DNA of 64,000 nt from NCBI GenBank assembly GCA_951406725.2, contig OX597822.1, positions 17,980,001 through 18,044,000 of the forward strand, written 5' to 3'. The translations under genes were made by a program, and so were the position numbers. Position 1 is the stretch's first letter. Every line of letters begins with the position of its first letter. This DNA comes from Octopus vulgaris. Lineage: Eukaryota. This document shows, one piece after another, positions 14,666 through 27,500 of this stretch. The notes below the pieces were generated by a model. That model was not told where the DNA came from. It was given only the letters and a program-made list of their open reading frames with translations, and made no database searches.

Positions 14666-14884
14666 TTTTATATCCTTGGAATGGATGTATAACAAAGCAG
14701 CAGGGAAGAAAGTATATACACAGCACACTACTATTACTCTTACATGAGACTCAGTGCTCTATATCAAAGGCTCACTATGAACGTCTACCAACATGAACTA
14801 CCAATCGCTCACAGTTCTTTCATTTATAACAATGACTCACTCCACCTTTGGTCACTTGGGACTGGTCAGAATCCTTCCACAGTG
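14666..14884 (-). repeat. 5' LTR of Gypsy element
   Basis: Direct repeat of 12389-12595; followed on minus strand by the PBS-like sequence. Confidence 0.8.
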
Positions 14885-16050
14885 TAGTTTAAAGAAAAAG
14901 AATGAGACAAGAAAACAGAGATGCATATTTGACCATTTTGTTCTTTAAATGACATTTATAAAGGGAGTGAGAGAAAGAGGGAGAGACCCTTCCTCCATCC
15001 ATCCATTCATCCAAATCCTCTCTGCCTCCAGCATGCTCTGCTATGAACATTAGTGCATCACAATGATAGCACTCGACATTCATTTAGCTACACTTACGAA
15101 GGGTGACATTGGCTGTTGTTTTTAACATTGAGTCTATGTTGTACTGTCTTGCAACATCCAACATCCTTCTTTGCCTGTTTTCATGATTAATTTCAGTCTT
15201 CAGGTATAATTTGTTGTCATTATTCTAAAGAATGTTGCTCGTATGATTGACAATTGCTGATCAGCATCTTATGTCAAGAAAATTAGTGTCATGTTACTCT
15301 GTGCCGTTTGGCATTTTGAATGCATTTATGCTGCTCTTGAGAAAGCTGTTCTTGTACTTGGTCTATGTTGCCCAACATCTTGAGAATATGCTCTTACTGT
15401 TTATGAGAAATGAGCCTAAAACAGGATGGCTCTGTGTTTCCAGTATTTTCAGCCAAAATAAAGTTATTTCGGCAGCTCCATTCAGCTGCATCCATTTTTC
15501 TTCGATTTTTCTTTTCACTTTCATTCATTCTCTGTCTCCTTCCTTGCTCTCATATTCTTGTTGCTTTTCTTTAAGAAATTTTGCTCGGCTCGTTCTTATT
15601 TGGTTATTTGTTGAATAAAATGTGCACAAACAAAATGCAGTTGCAATGCAGAAGAATAGAAAAATTGAAATCCAAGTAAACCCCTTGCCTTACACGTTCA
15701 GGTTGTGCATAAAAATTGATGGGTTTTTTTTCTATTTTTTTTTTTTCAAAAATAGTAAATTGTTTGAATAAAAGCTTCATACAAACGTTTGCTATAACAA
15801 ACTGGATATTGATTATTTTCTAATTATATTATTCTCAAATTTGAAATATTTTTAGCAATAATTAATGAATATTATATGCATAATAAAGAATTGTTTTGGT
15901 ATCATGCATATAATAAAAATTACTTTTCCTCTTATTTTATTCCATTATTCTTATGATACATACAAGATGTACATCAATACATACATACATACACATGATG
16001 ATCATCAGTACTAATAAATAATTCTTTATATACTGTTGCATATATCCACG

Positions 16051-16094
<44 letters not shown>

Positions 16095-16179
16095 CGCATG
16101 TGTGTGTGTGTATGTGTGTGTGTTATATATATATATATATATATATATATGTTTTATATATATATATTTATATATATCT

Positions 16180-16380
16180 TCATCATCATCGTTCAACGTC
16201 CGCTTTCCATGCTAGCATGGGTTGGATGATTTGACTGAGGACTGGTGAACCAGATGGCTGCACCAGGCTCCAGTCTTAATCTGGCAGTGTTTCTACAGCT
16301 GGATGCCTTTCCTAACGCCAGCCAGTCCAAGAGTGTAGTGGGTGCTTTTATGTGCCACCGGCACAAGGGCTAGTCAGGTG
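16180..16380 (-). mobile_element. SINE/RTE-related repeat 3' part
   Basis: Reverse complement of the ggaagggcatccagctgtagaaa / ccatgctagcatgg / (gat)n family. Confidence 0.7.
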
Positions 16381-16384
16381 GCAC

Positions 16385-17203
16385 ATAATCCATTGTTCAT
16401 GAGCACCTGGTAAAGCTTGGGTACACAAACTGCTACAATGTTTGGTTACCACATGAGTTGAGTGAGAAGAACCTTTTGGATTGCATTTCCAACTGTGATT
16501 CGCTTTATAAATGGAATGAAAACTTGCCTTTTCTTAAAGCAAATTGTGATGGGTGATGAGAAATGGATTATCTACCGAAATGTTCAGAGAAAGCAATCTT
16601 GGAGTAAGCGACGTGAGTCACCCATAGCCACCCGAAAAGCGGGTCTTCACCCTAAAAACGTCTTGCTTTGTGTCTGGTAGGATTGGAAAGGAATTCTGTA
16701 CTATTAGCTTCTCCCAAGTAACCAGACAATTACTTCTGAGAAATACTGCACACAACTGGGCGAGTTAAAAGCAGCAATTCAAGAGAAACGGCCAGAATTG
16801 ACCAACATGAAGGGTATTGTTTTCCAACATGATAATGCAAGACTGCATGTTTCTTTGGGAACCAGATAAAAATTGCTGCAGCTTGGCTGGGATGTGTTAC
16901 TCCCACCCTCCATATTCACCTGATATTGCTCCTTCGGATTTCCACTTATTCATGTCCCTGCAGAATAGTCTTAATGGTTAAAATTTCAATTCCTTGGATG
17001 ACATAAAAAGATACCTTGATGAATTCTTTGCCATGAAACCACCTCAATTCTGGGAAGCGATTATTTTCAAGTTAAAGGAAAGATGGAGATGCATTGTGCA
17101 ACAAAAGGGTTCATATTTGGTTTATTAAAAATGTAATGGCAAGTATTTATTGATCTTTTTCTTTCCTTTAAAAATCAGCACAAACTTTCCAGACAACCCA
17201 ATA
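16385..17203 (+). mobile_element. Mariner (DD34D) transposon relic, 3' half
   Basis: WLPHEL, IVMGDEKWIIY, GLHPKNVLLCVW, HDNARLH and PYSPDIAPSDFHLF motifs with stops; 3' TIR ending ...gacaacccaa followed by TA. Confidence 0.9.
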
Positions 17204-17245
17204 ATTTCTCAATGAATATTTAAGTGGAAAAATAATATACTTTAC

Positions 17246-17308
17246 CTTACAAATGTCGGATTCCACTGCTTTACTGACTGAAGATTTTGTAAAATAGTAT
17301 GGCCACCG
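17246..17308 (-). CDS. Candidate internal exon (RWPYYFTKSSVSKAVESDICK), unknown gene
   Basis: Acceptor actttattttag, 63 nt open in phase 0, donor AAG|gtaaag (alternative TTT|gtaagg at 17251); phase-compatible with the exon at 18160. Confidence 0.3.
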
Positions 17309-17894
17309 CTAAAATAAAGTTTCAAGTGGTAGAAGGAATTACCTTCAATGGATTAAAATAGATTTGCAGAAAAAGTGTTTCTTATCTGAAAGCTTCTGCA
17401 AATCTCCTATTGTTTCTGTTAATTTTCCCTTTCTTCTTCAAGTCTCCTTGTATTTATCACTTTCTTTTATCAGAGTCTGTTGCTTTATTTAAGGAGTAAA
17501 ATAGTCATGACCCCTTTTGTTTTTGTTTTTGTGGTATGCAAGGCAAGAAAAACAACAACAAAAGACTTTGAACAAAAATAAGACATAAATCTAATTTGGC
17601 CTTAGGAAGGGTCATAGGAACCACAGCCGACAGACAATTGGAGCCTGATGCAGCGCTCCAGCTGGTGGCCAGCTCTTGTCAAACTGTCCAACCCATCCAG
17701 CGTGGAAAATGGATGTTAAATGATGATGATATACACATATGTGTGTGCATGCTTTCACATGCACACACTCAAGTGTGTGCATTAGACATCCACACCACAA
17801 AAAGTAAGAGAATAGGACATCTCATACACACACACACACACAACTATACATGCATTGATGCAGAAATATTTGTGTGAGTGCATCTGCAAATATA

Positions 17895-17942
<48 letters not shown>

Positions 17943-18159
17943 TATTGTGTGTGTGTGTGTGTGTTTTAAATTCTTAAATTCTAGAGAGTGTAGAATTCTT
18001 TAAATCTGTTATAGCAATACAATAGGATAAAGAGTGTGTAAGAATAGATTGTTAATCGTTTTTAGTTTTTTTGTTTTTCTTTCTTTTCACAAGGTGCCCC
18101 TGTACGTGATAAGTATAACTGTTTGTGCTAGTAATGGGTGTACGACTATGATTACTTAC

Positions 18160-18237
18160 TCGGTTGGCTGCAGCTGCTGTGAAATACTGTGAGCAACATG
18201 CTGCTGACAGAATCATTATTATCAAAGCTGTTTCCAT
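18160..18237 (-). CDS. Candidate first coding exon with signal-peptide-like sequence (METALIIMILSAACCSQYFTAAAANR)
   Basis: ATG at 18237, 26 codons to the donor CGA|gtaagt; upstream acceptor tttctttattattgcag would start the exon at 18302. Confidence 0.3.
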
Positions 18238-18480
18238 TTGTATGTTGTATACGGCAGGCAGTGTTTGCTGGTTAAGCTAAATCCAAAACCTGCAGCTATC
18301 CCCTGCAATAATAAAGAAAGGGGTGCTTTGTAATTAATTTATCAATTTGTGAGAATTCTGATGTAAGTGCAATAGTATTTTGAGATACATGGAAAAGGAC
18401 AAGTGCAAAAGAGATACCTGGTGTTAACAAATATGTTTTTCTTGATAACAGCGTGGATGTGTGTGTGTACATACATGTAC

Positions 18481-18514
<34 letters not shown>

Positions 18515-18529
18515 TTATTCAGATGATGG

Positions 18530-19270
18530 CACCTAAAAGTTAGTTCATGCCTCTTTTGAATCCCTGTATTCAGTCCCTCATTCCCAGAATCGCATCCCTT
18601 TCGAATCTTCTACTTGTTCATGCTTTTCTTGTAGGAGTTTGTCTCAAGCTCTTTATATAGAAGACAGAGCAGTAATGTCTCTGCAGTATCTTGCACATGG
18701 ATTTTGCACCATCATGTAGAGTGTTGTTCTAGTCAACCAGAGGACCAACAGTGGAAACAGCGTCTTTATTTTTTTATTGCAAATGAAAAGAACATTTTGG
18801 AATTGAGTTTTATTTTCTCAATGGTCCAAACTCTCCTCAGCTACTCTTTGTCTCTTAATGATGGTCATCAGACTTTTTTGGAGGTCGTGTTTTTTCTATT
18901 CGAGTGATGCAATGGCAGTCAAATGGGTGCATGGCTGCTGGCAGAATTTAAGTTGGTTGATTTTCTTTTTAATTCTTTTTATTTTTCTGATAATTGCTCT
19001 TCTATTTCTTGGGATTCTGCACTTAGATTTGTATACTGATCTTAATGGAGTATGTTTTGTGCATATATTTGTCGCCGTTTCTACAAATGTCTGCCATGAT
19101 GTGTTCATATTTAAGGGTGGGTGTGTGTGAAGATCCAATCAACTTGTGAAAGATCATGATTGAACGCATCCCAGTCTGTGTTATGAAGATGCATAGTGTC
19201 AAATGGATGGGCTGGAGAGATGTCACTGGATTTGATCTTCGGGTGGTAGAATCTCAGATCGCAGAGAACC
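18530..19270 (-). mobile_element. Non-LTR retrotransposon ORF2 fragment (EN-RT linker)
   Basis: LHNTDWDAFNHDLSQVDW and IPRNRRAIIRKIKRIKKK peptides typical of the post-endonuclease linker; frameshifted. Confidence 0.5.
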
Positions 19271-19280
19271 ATATGTATAC

Positions 19281-19321
<41 letters not shown>

Positions 19322-19331
19322 CATATATGTG

Positions 19332-19362
<31 letters not shown>

Positions 19363-19409
19363 ATACATATATATGTGTGTGTGTGTGTATACATATATAT
19401 ATGTGTATG

Positions 19410-19462
<53 letters not shown>

Positions 19463-20383
19463 GTATACATGCACACACACATAAAGTGAAGCTATCAGAT
19501 AAATCTGATCTAGAAAGTTCCATGTATCAGTGTTACATCATTTATGTTTGTTTCTGTTCCAGTTCTTTTAGCACAGCTGTCTGAGAATTCAGCTACATTT
19601 CATATTTTCTTTACCATTATTTATTATCTATTTGTTTGTTTACATATTTGCTTTGTGTCTTTAATCTATTCAAAGAAAACCATTCTGGCTGTCAAACTTC
19701 TTTGTCTTGTCCAGTAGGATAGCTTCCTTTTAGCAATGTTCATTGTGTGTTCTACACCAGTTCACACTGGAAAACAAGCAGGCTGGATCTTATTTCAATT
19801 ATTTTTCTGTTCACATCTTCGCAGGATAAATAATATACATACATATATGTGTGTGTCTGTGTGTACTTGTTAATATATATATATGTTTACATGTTTGTTT
19901 ATGCATATATAAATATATATATATATATATATCATCATCATCATCATTCTTTCTGAACAGAGAGAGATAGAGAGAGAGGGAGAGCTCTTAGTCATACTTT
20001 GAGCCATATGAGAAAAATATATTTTGTGTTTTACACGATTCACTGCATTAAATTATCTACTCCTGGAGTTAATAAAGCAAACCGAGTGAAATGAAACAAA
20101 GAGAGAATTCCACATTTTTCAGGTTGTTTTATTAGTAGAGGAAGTCTGTTGGTTTCTTGTTGTTGTTTGTCTTTAGAAGGACATTCCATTGTTTGGCTTT
20201 TGCTTGTGTTTCTTTTTGCCAAAAAGGAAAAAAAAACCCAACTTTTACAAAACAAAGACTTCAGATCTCCTTGTTTATGTTTTTTTTTGCTTTTTTAAGA
20301 ATTGTGTGTGACTTTATCATTAATGTAATAAAATGTTATTGAAACCTCTTTACAGGAAATCAATGGAATTAAATTATTTTGAA

Positions 20384-20776
20384 CTAGCAGTATTGCCCGG
20401 CGTTGCTCGGGTTTGTAAGGGAAATAACTATATAAGCATTTTTAGAGATGTAAAGTATAATAGCCATCTCAATATGGCTAACCACAAAAGGGGGGGTGTT
20501 ACTGTAGCTTTTTTACGTTCTGAGATTTAATAATACATTTTTAGAGAGTTACTTCCCTTATGCCAAAAATGCATTAAAAATGGGAAAAAATGATGGTAAA
20601 TTTTTTTTAAATCGTAGACTCATCGTAGACGTGCGCTAATACCCAGAAGGGCTCGATATGAATCACGATTATAAGATACCCGCTTTTGGTTAAACTGCAC
20701 CGCAAAATGTGGAAGTAGTTAGGAATCTAAATTGTAGAAGACAGACACCACACAACCTCACTTTTATATATATAGA
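20384..20776 (-). mobile_element. Non-autonomous Helitron
   Basis: Minus strand starts TCTATATATATAAAAG and ends with hairpin CCCGAGCAACGCCGGG then CTAG; sits between host A and T with no TSD; shares its 3' end with 62104. Confidence 0.8.
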
Positions 20777-20849
20777 TGAGTTTCCATGTTTTAAGCTAAA
20801 CATTTTATTCATAGCTGGAAATAGCTCTGAAGCCCATATGGGGCCAAAA

Positions 20850-21672
20850 GAGCTATGTAACTAAGGGAAAGCGGTTTGGAACCATAGAAGTTCGCTTCCT
20901 AACAGAGGAGGAAGCAAAAAAGCATGCCATCCAAACATTACAAGCAGATAATTTGTTACTCGTGCCGACTTACCTTGGTCGGCGAGTAACGAAAATCAAA
21001 ATCGACCAGGTACCGCCTGAGCTTGATATATCTTGGCTGGTGGCAGCTGTCCTCTACGACATAGAGGACACTGCCACTATTCTGGATGTATGGAGATTAA
21101 AGGAGAAGAACAGGTCAGGAATGGGAATGCAGCTCCTGGCACAAATTCAGCAAGAAAATATAAACACAATTCCAGATTCTGTAAATTTGCCGGACGGCAC
21201 CAGATTGCACGTTGCTGTAGAGGGTCGAAGGACAAAGTGCTACGTCTGCAGCAGTGAAAGCCATCTGAAGAGGGACTGCCCCATTTACAAGAAAAGAATG
21301 GAGACAGAAGGTAAGAGACAGCAGCAGCAGCAACAACAACAACAACAACAGCAACAACAACAGAAACAACAATAGCCTGAAACACCAAAGGTTGCCACAC
21401 CACCAACACCATCCACAAAGAGCAACACCACCTCCAGCCATCACCAAACCAACACCAACATGGACCACGCAGCAACATCACTGTTTCCCACAAACAATAA
21501 TGATTTTCGCCAAACTTTTGAAACAGACCCGACAAATGTCCCCTTTCCGGATCAGGTAAGCTTGGATTGTGTGAGCACTGATAGCGAGAAAGGGGAGTGG
21601 CAAACGGTGCCACCCAAAAAGAAAAAGATGCAAAAAACAAAAAGACACACAAAACACGGAGGGGAAGCATGA
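20850..21672 (+). pseudogene. LINE ORF1 (gag-like zinc knuckle, polyQ)
   Basis: CYVCSSESHLKRDC (CX2CX4HX4C); CAG/CAA tract closed by a premature TAG; GEWQTVPPKKKK segment downstream. Confidence 0.8.
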
Positions 21673-22090
21673 ACAAATAGAGCTTCCTCAAATCAACAAC
21701 AGTAACATGCACTCACAACAACAAATAACAACATTTTCGCCACCATTACTGCCACACACACCAACACACACAGACACCATTACAGCAATAAACACGAAAA
21801 ACAAACAACTTGTATCATACATAAAAGAAAACACAGACATGAAGTACTCAGACTTTATTATACCAATGCACAATACACCACCAGCACACATTCTTACAAT
21901 AAAAATAAATAAAACTATATATAACGTAATCAAGGAGAAATTCCCTAACGATGTTGGGTCACTAGGGAGAAATTTCTCCCAAAAACTATATAAAAACTTG
22001 GTGGAAACACCTGTGCAAAAGCACAAGGGAACCACCTCACGAAACAACAGTAAGTAGAGCCTTTTGCTCCTTCTGACCTTTTAAAAAAAC

Positions 22091-24500
22091 ATGGCTAAAC
22101 TCAGAATAGGTTGCTTAAATGTGAGAGGCCTTGGGTCACCTTGGAAACAGGGCCACCTGTTAAATGACCTGAGGTCTCACAGCGTGGATGTAGCAGCCAT
22201 TAGTGAAACCAGGCTCTCCGACCCGCAGGAACTCGCGGCCCTTTTCGGTGGATATGAGATTTTTCTATCTCCATGTCGGCCAGGAGCGGACGGTAGTGGT
22301 ACTGCGGTGTTGTTTCGGAAGGGCCTGGATTTGAAAATAAGGACATTCTTCCTGGATCCAGAAGGTAAGTTGGTGGTCCTCGACGTAGATGGTAGTGATG
22401 GCAGTGCTTTCAGACTGCTGGCTGCCTGCGCTCCGACAGGAGCAGGGCAGTCCGATTATTTCAAGCGTTTGGAAGTTTTCTTAGGAATGTCATGCACTCT
22501 AGTGCTAGTTGGGGTTTGGAACGCTGTCTTAGATGAACGTTTCGATCAGGTGGGCACGGGAGCTTCTGATAGGAGAGGGGGGTGCAAGAGCCTTGCCAAC
22601 CTGCTCAGGCGCTTTCAGCTGTCTGACAGGTTTTAACTAGACAACCCGAATGTGCCAATGTGGACTTGGACTAATCGCATCAGGTTGTCTAGATCGTACT
22701 TAGATAGAGTGTTCTGTAGGCCAGCGGATAAGGACAGCATAGGGTGTCCACAATTCCACCTAGTCGATTACACGGACCACAAATTCGTGATCTGTACGGT
22801 TGACTTAGATAGGCTACATAGACAGAGACCCAGCTACTGGAGCTTTGATCAATTTAGATCAGAGTAAAGCCTTCGATAGGGTCGACCATCGATACCTGGC
22901 AGCTGTTTTCAAGGCAGCTGGTTTCAGTCCAGTCTTCCGTGGGTGGATCGCTGCTTTGTACAGCAACATCTGCTCAGTGATACGGGTGAACGGTCACCTT
23001 TCGGTGCCGTTTGACATCTCGCGTTCGGTTCGCCAAGGATGTCCTCTCTCCTCCCTCTTGTACGTATTGACTCTAGAGCCATTACTGCACAAGTTGGAGG
23101 TTTTGAGGGGTATCCCATGCGATCTAGGAGGTGGAAACAGCATGTCTGCCTATGCTGACGATGTCACCATGATGGTGTCGAGCCACAGGCACATTGGCCT
23201 GATTGGCGAGACACTAAACGAGTATGAAGTGGTGACAGGGGCAAAGATTAACGCGGAAAAGTCTGTGGGCTTGCAACTGGGCACCTGGAGAAGCAAGCCC
23301 ATGCCATCCAACAGCGTCATAGGGTGCTGGACAGACGGGCCCGTTAAACTGCCCAGGGTCTGGTTCGGTCCGGACCTCCAGGTGGATAAAAATCTGGGAA
23401 GAAGTGACGAGCAGAGTGGCCAATCTCACCCAGAAATGGGCCGAAAGGAAGCTGTCTTTGAAAGGTCGAGCGGAGGTGGCGAATGCGTACATCGCATCCG
23501 TCATCCTTTACCGCTTGACCGTCGTCCCTTGTCCCAACCGCTGGTTGGCCAAGCTGGTATGCTTACTCTTTGACTTTTTGTGGAAGGGTCAGGTACCACT
23601 GGTCAGGTGATCCATCTGCTGTCAACCACCGCTGAATGGAGGCCTTGGCATGCCGTGGTTGCTGATGCGCAGACATGTGCTCAGGCTATGACATCTCAAG
23701 CGTTTCCTAGACGGTGATCAAATGTGGTCGTCTTTTGTCAAACGCGACTTTCCGCAGCTCATCTCTTTGACAGAGCTGCAAATCTGGTTCAAACGCAGAC
23801 CGAGAAAGGGCGCTTGGCACCTCGAGTGCCGTCAAGCTCTCCGCCAGGCGGGCAATGCAATCGGTAGTGCTTCCACTCTAGCGTTCTGTAGAGGGTTAGT
23901 GGAAGAAAAGTGTGACGACGTTCTCGGGGAAACTCTAGGCGTTGACGATAACGAGCTGAGCAGTCTGTTTGGAAGAACTTTCGGGCCGGGGCCAATGGAT
24001 AATTTCCAGAGGTCCCTCGCCTGGCAGTGCTACTGAGGGGCTCTGCTTGTTCGAGATAAACTCTATCGGCACAAAAGTGCCGTCAGCCGGACCTGCCCGA
24101 GATGCTGCCAGGACGACGAAACCGTTCTCCACGCGCTCGTCCAGTGTCCGAGTATTGCTGAACTATAGGTTTATGTCGAACAGCTACTGTCGCGTATAGG
24201 ACAGATCTGGCTATCAGCTGAATCCATAGTGAAGATTGCCTCGCCGACCTCCTTTAACCAAGGAGGGCAAGGCCTTTTTCCTGTGCCTAGTGGCTGTAGT
24301 GAAAGAGGTGGTATGGTGAACCCGTTTCAAAGGGCTAAGGTCAGACACTTTCCTCTTTGGCCCAGGCCTCATCAACTTTTTCAAGTTTCGCTTGAAAAGG
24401 AAGGTGAGAGTAGAGAGGGAAGTGCTGTCTGATAGCAAGTTTACTGAAAGGTGGATAAATGTCGCAAGAATGGCCAGTATGAAAGGAGCCATTCTGAGGA
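22091..24500 (+). pseudogene. LINE ORF2 (APE endonuclease, reverse transcriptase, zf-RVT-like)
   Basis: CLNVRGL, ISETR, SYLDRVF, YTDHKFV (EN); LDQSKAFDRVDH, VRQGCPLS, AYADDV (RT); CPRCCQDDETVLHALVQC; several stops and frameshifts. Confidence 0.9.
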
Positions 24501-27500
24501 TACACCTGTATGAAAAAGGTATTACAAAAGGAGAAAGGGGCTCTGTACCCACCTTTTGACCAGGCTCCCGTGGCTTTTATGGATTTTTCCACCAGGAACC
24601 TTTCGTAACGCCTCCCCCTATTGGGAGTTTTTCGTTGTTATAATTTTTCGTTGTTACACTGTTTTTGCACGGTTTTTTACAAACGGACAAAACCCTTTGT
24701 AACCTTTCGTCCTGTTTTGTCCCTTTATGTTATAATTAATTTTTGTCAGCCCTTGTGGCCAATAAAAGAATTAATTATTATTATTGTTGTTGTTATTATT
24801 ATTATTATTTGGTTTGGCAACTTTATCTTTCAAAGACTTCTTGTACTGTTGATAGCTGAAATCATTGTCTTCCTCATTACCATTGCCATCATCATCATCA
24901 CTCCTACCACCACCACCACCTCCTACCATCATCATCATAGCATCATTCATTAAAGGAATAAACAACAGTGTATTACCTTGAAACTTTCAGGATTTTTACC
25001 AAACAATATGGTGCTAATACTTTCATCTTGGTTCTCTTTGTAAAATTCTTTCTAGTTCTTTTTTGTTCGTTTTCCTTATCAACCTCCATTCTAACTCTTT
25101 ATATGTGTGATTGAATGTATGTGTGGGGGTGCATGTACCACCGATTCAGATGTTAGAATTATTTAGGTACAACACCTTGCAGCACTTGTTCTGGTTGTTT
25201 GTACTCTGAGTTCAAATACTGCTGAGGCCGAATTTGCTTGTCATCATTTCGGGATCAATAAAAGAAGATGTGAGTTGGAGGTTGTGTACTGGCAGTACCA
25301 AAAGAACATTGGATGGGATGTCTCATGGTATCTCTTTTGAGTCTTTATGTTCTAAAGGGCAGCACCTGCAACAATAATGGTACCAAACAACATTGGTCTT
25401 CCCTTTGGACACATCATTCATGTGGAATGTAGGAGACTTAAATGTATAGAGAACTTCTGTTCTTTTATAAAACCTTGCCCATGCCTGCACCTTAATGTGG
25501 AACCGCTCTCATGTAGACAAGAGATGAGAGAGACTGTTGATATTTATTTGTTTTGGTTCTGCTTCAAAGACATGTCTTAGTAGCTGTAAACAACACGTTC
25601 CTCTTTGGAACGTTAGTATTTACTTTAGCACAAGCCTCCACTAATTGGGACCACCTCTTCCTAGAGGTAAAATGAGTTTGTGTTGGACCAGCATCTCTAC
25701 CAAGAAAAGGAAAAGTTTTAGATACCTCACTGACGATTCAGAACCCAGAGCTGGGGAGAAAGGCCTTCCTTCAGCAAAACATATGTCTGAAGTGCAAATA
25801 GGGATGGAACCCACAAAAGAGGAGGTAGAAGAGAGACTGAAAAGGTAGGGGTCTAAGTAGAAAAAGGCAGCCCAGAGTTATGTGAAGAAAAGCTGTCGAT
25901 GGCCAAGTTTCCAAAGGGAGTGAAAAGCTCAAGTGACACAAACCAAACTTCTTAAGATTTTCTATAAATCCATGAATCAAAAATGTAGGCTGACAATGGG
26001 GTCCCCTCAAGTCACCCCAAAACAATATGGTGATCATAAATCAGATGGCGGACCAAGCACACCACAATGGTATTTGAACTCTGAACATAAAGAAGCAGAA
26101 GAAATACCACAAGGCACCAAATCTGATGACCTTACAATTCTGCCAGTCAAGTAATCAAGATTTTCTTTTTTTAATGACCCTGAAAAGATGAAAAGTAAAG
26201 TCAGCGTTGGCAGGATCTGAACTCAGAGTGCAGTAGTTTACAACAAATCCTCTAAGACATTCCATCCAATGCTATAACAACTCATAGCAGCTCTGCTGAA
26301 TTGGTGCCAGGAAATTCTTAGAAATTTCTTTGAACTTTGGAATTTAACATTCTGTAAATATCTTTCAGTTCAACTTCACACGTTTCAAGTTGAATCCTTC
26401 ATAACAACTTGTGATGTATCTGACTCCAACACCCTAATGCCTTCATCTTTTATCTTTTTTTTTCAATCATTTGACTGTGGCCATGCTGGGGCACCACCTT
26501 GAAGGCTTTCAGTCAAACAAATCAACCTTCTATCAATCTCTTTTGCTGAACTTCTAAGTTACAGAACTGTAAACAAACTACCACCAGTTGTCAAGCAAAG
26601 AGGGAAACACGAAGGAACACACACACACACACACACACATATATACCTATATACATGACAGGCTTCCACACAGTCTCTGCCTACCAAATTCACCCACAAG
26701 ATGATAGTAGAAGACACCTGCCCCAGGTGTCCTCAGGTGTCACATGTGCCTCACAGTGGCTCCCTAACATGTTTCAAGCTTACCTATATAAAATCTTCCT
26801 TTAGAATCATAATGCCAAAGGAAGAAACCAAAATTTGGAGTGATGACATAAAGAACGGGAAGTAAGTTTGGTGTTGCCCTGTAGATCTTTGTTTAGTAAC
26901 AATTAATAAAAACACCATCAACGACATTGAAAATTGCAGAATAATATAATGGCAATTTCAGGTTGAGTGTAAAAGACTTGTAATAATCTGTTTAATAGCA
27001 GGTATCTTCTGAATTCCGCTCACATCTAATTTGGGATGTTATTGGAGATAAATACACTTTGAGAAAATAATAAATGGAATCTCTTTATTTATTTTTTCCT
27101 GATGACTCATTGAGATGGAGACAAAATGGAAATAAAGAACTAGAGAATGAAGCAAAGACTGGTTGAATACAAAAACAAGCTGAAACAGATTCCTTGTCAG
27201 AAAATGGTCGAATAAGTATCAGAAGCAGGAATACAATAAACAGCACTCTCTGACAAAAGAAAATGAATTGATGGAGATTTGCAGTGGCTTCGTATCATTT
27301 ATATGAACGTCTCTTTCCTTCTCGCTTTCTGTAGCCAACCTTCATTACGTATATACATATACACACATATGTAAATAGATAGGTATGTGTATGTTTGTAT
27401 GTGTACACACACACACATGCACATATATATATACATATATATGTATTTATTTATAAATATGTGTGTATATGTGTATAGGTATGTATGTGTGTGTATATAT

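Larger units (their letters stand above)
12389..14884 (-). mobile_element. Internally deleted, degenerate Gypsy/Ty3 LTR retrotransposon (Mag/K02A2.6-like)
   Basis: Two homologous LTRs (12389-12595, 14666-14884); PPT (aaaaagggga on minus) next to the 3' LTR; PBS-like GGCGACGAG next to the 5' LTR; pol fragments LQAFLGLANYY, VASDTYENGIGAVM (RNase H), GIPTHAANKLQCWAM and integrase SDDGSQSTSDEFRKFCK; flanks tagct/tagtt resemble a 5-bp TSD. Confidence 0.9.
20790..24775 (+). mobile_element. Tx1/L1-type LINE, degenerate, with internal deletion
   Basis: ORF1 with CCHC knuckle, APE endonuclease, RT, C-terminal Cys/His motif, 3' UTR ending aataaaagaa then (TTA)n. Confidence 0.9.

Noticed and set aside
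17246-17270. DICK resembling the BMP1/tolloid DPCKA prodomain start
   Set aside because: No downstream GDIA or astacin exons found in the window; too short to name a gene
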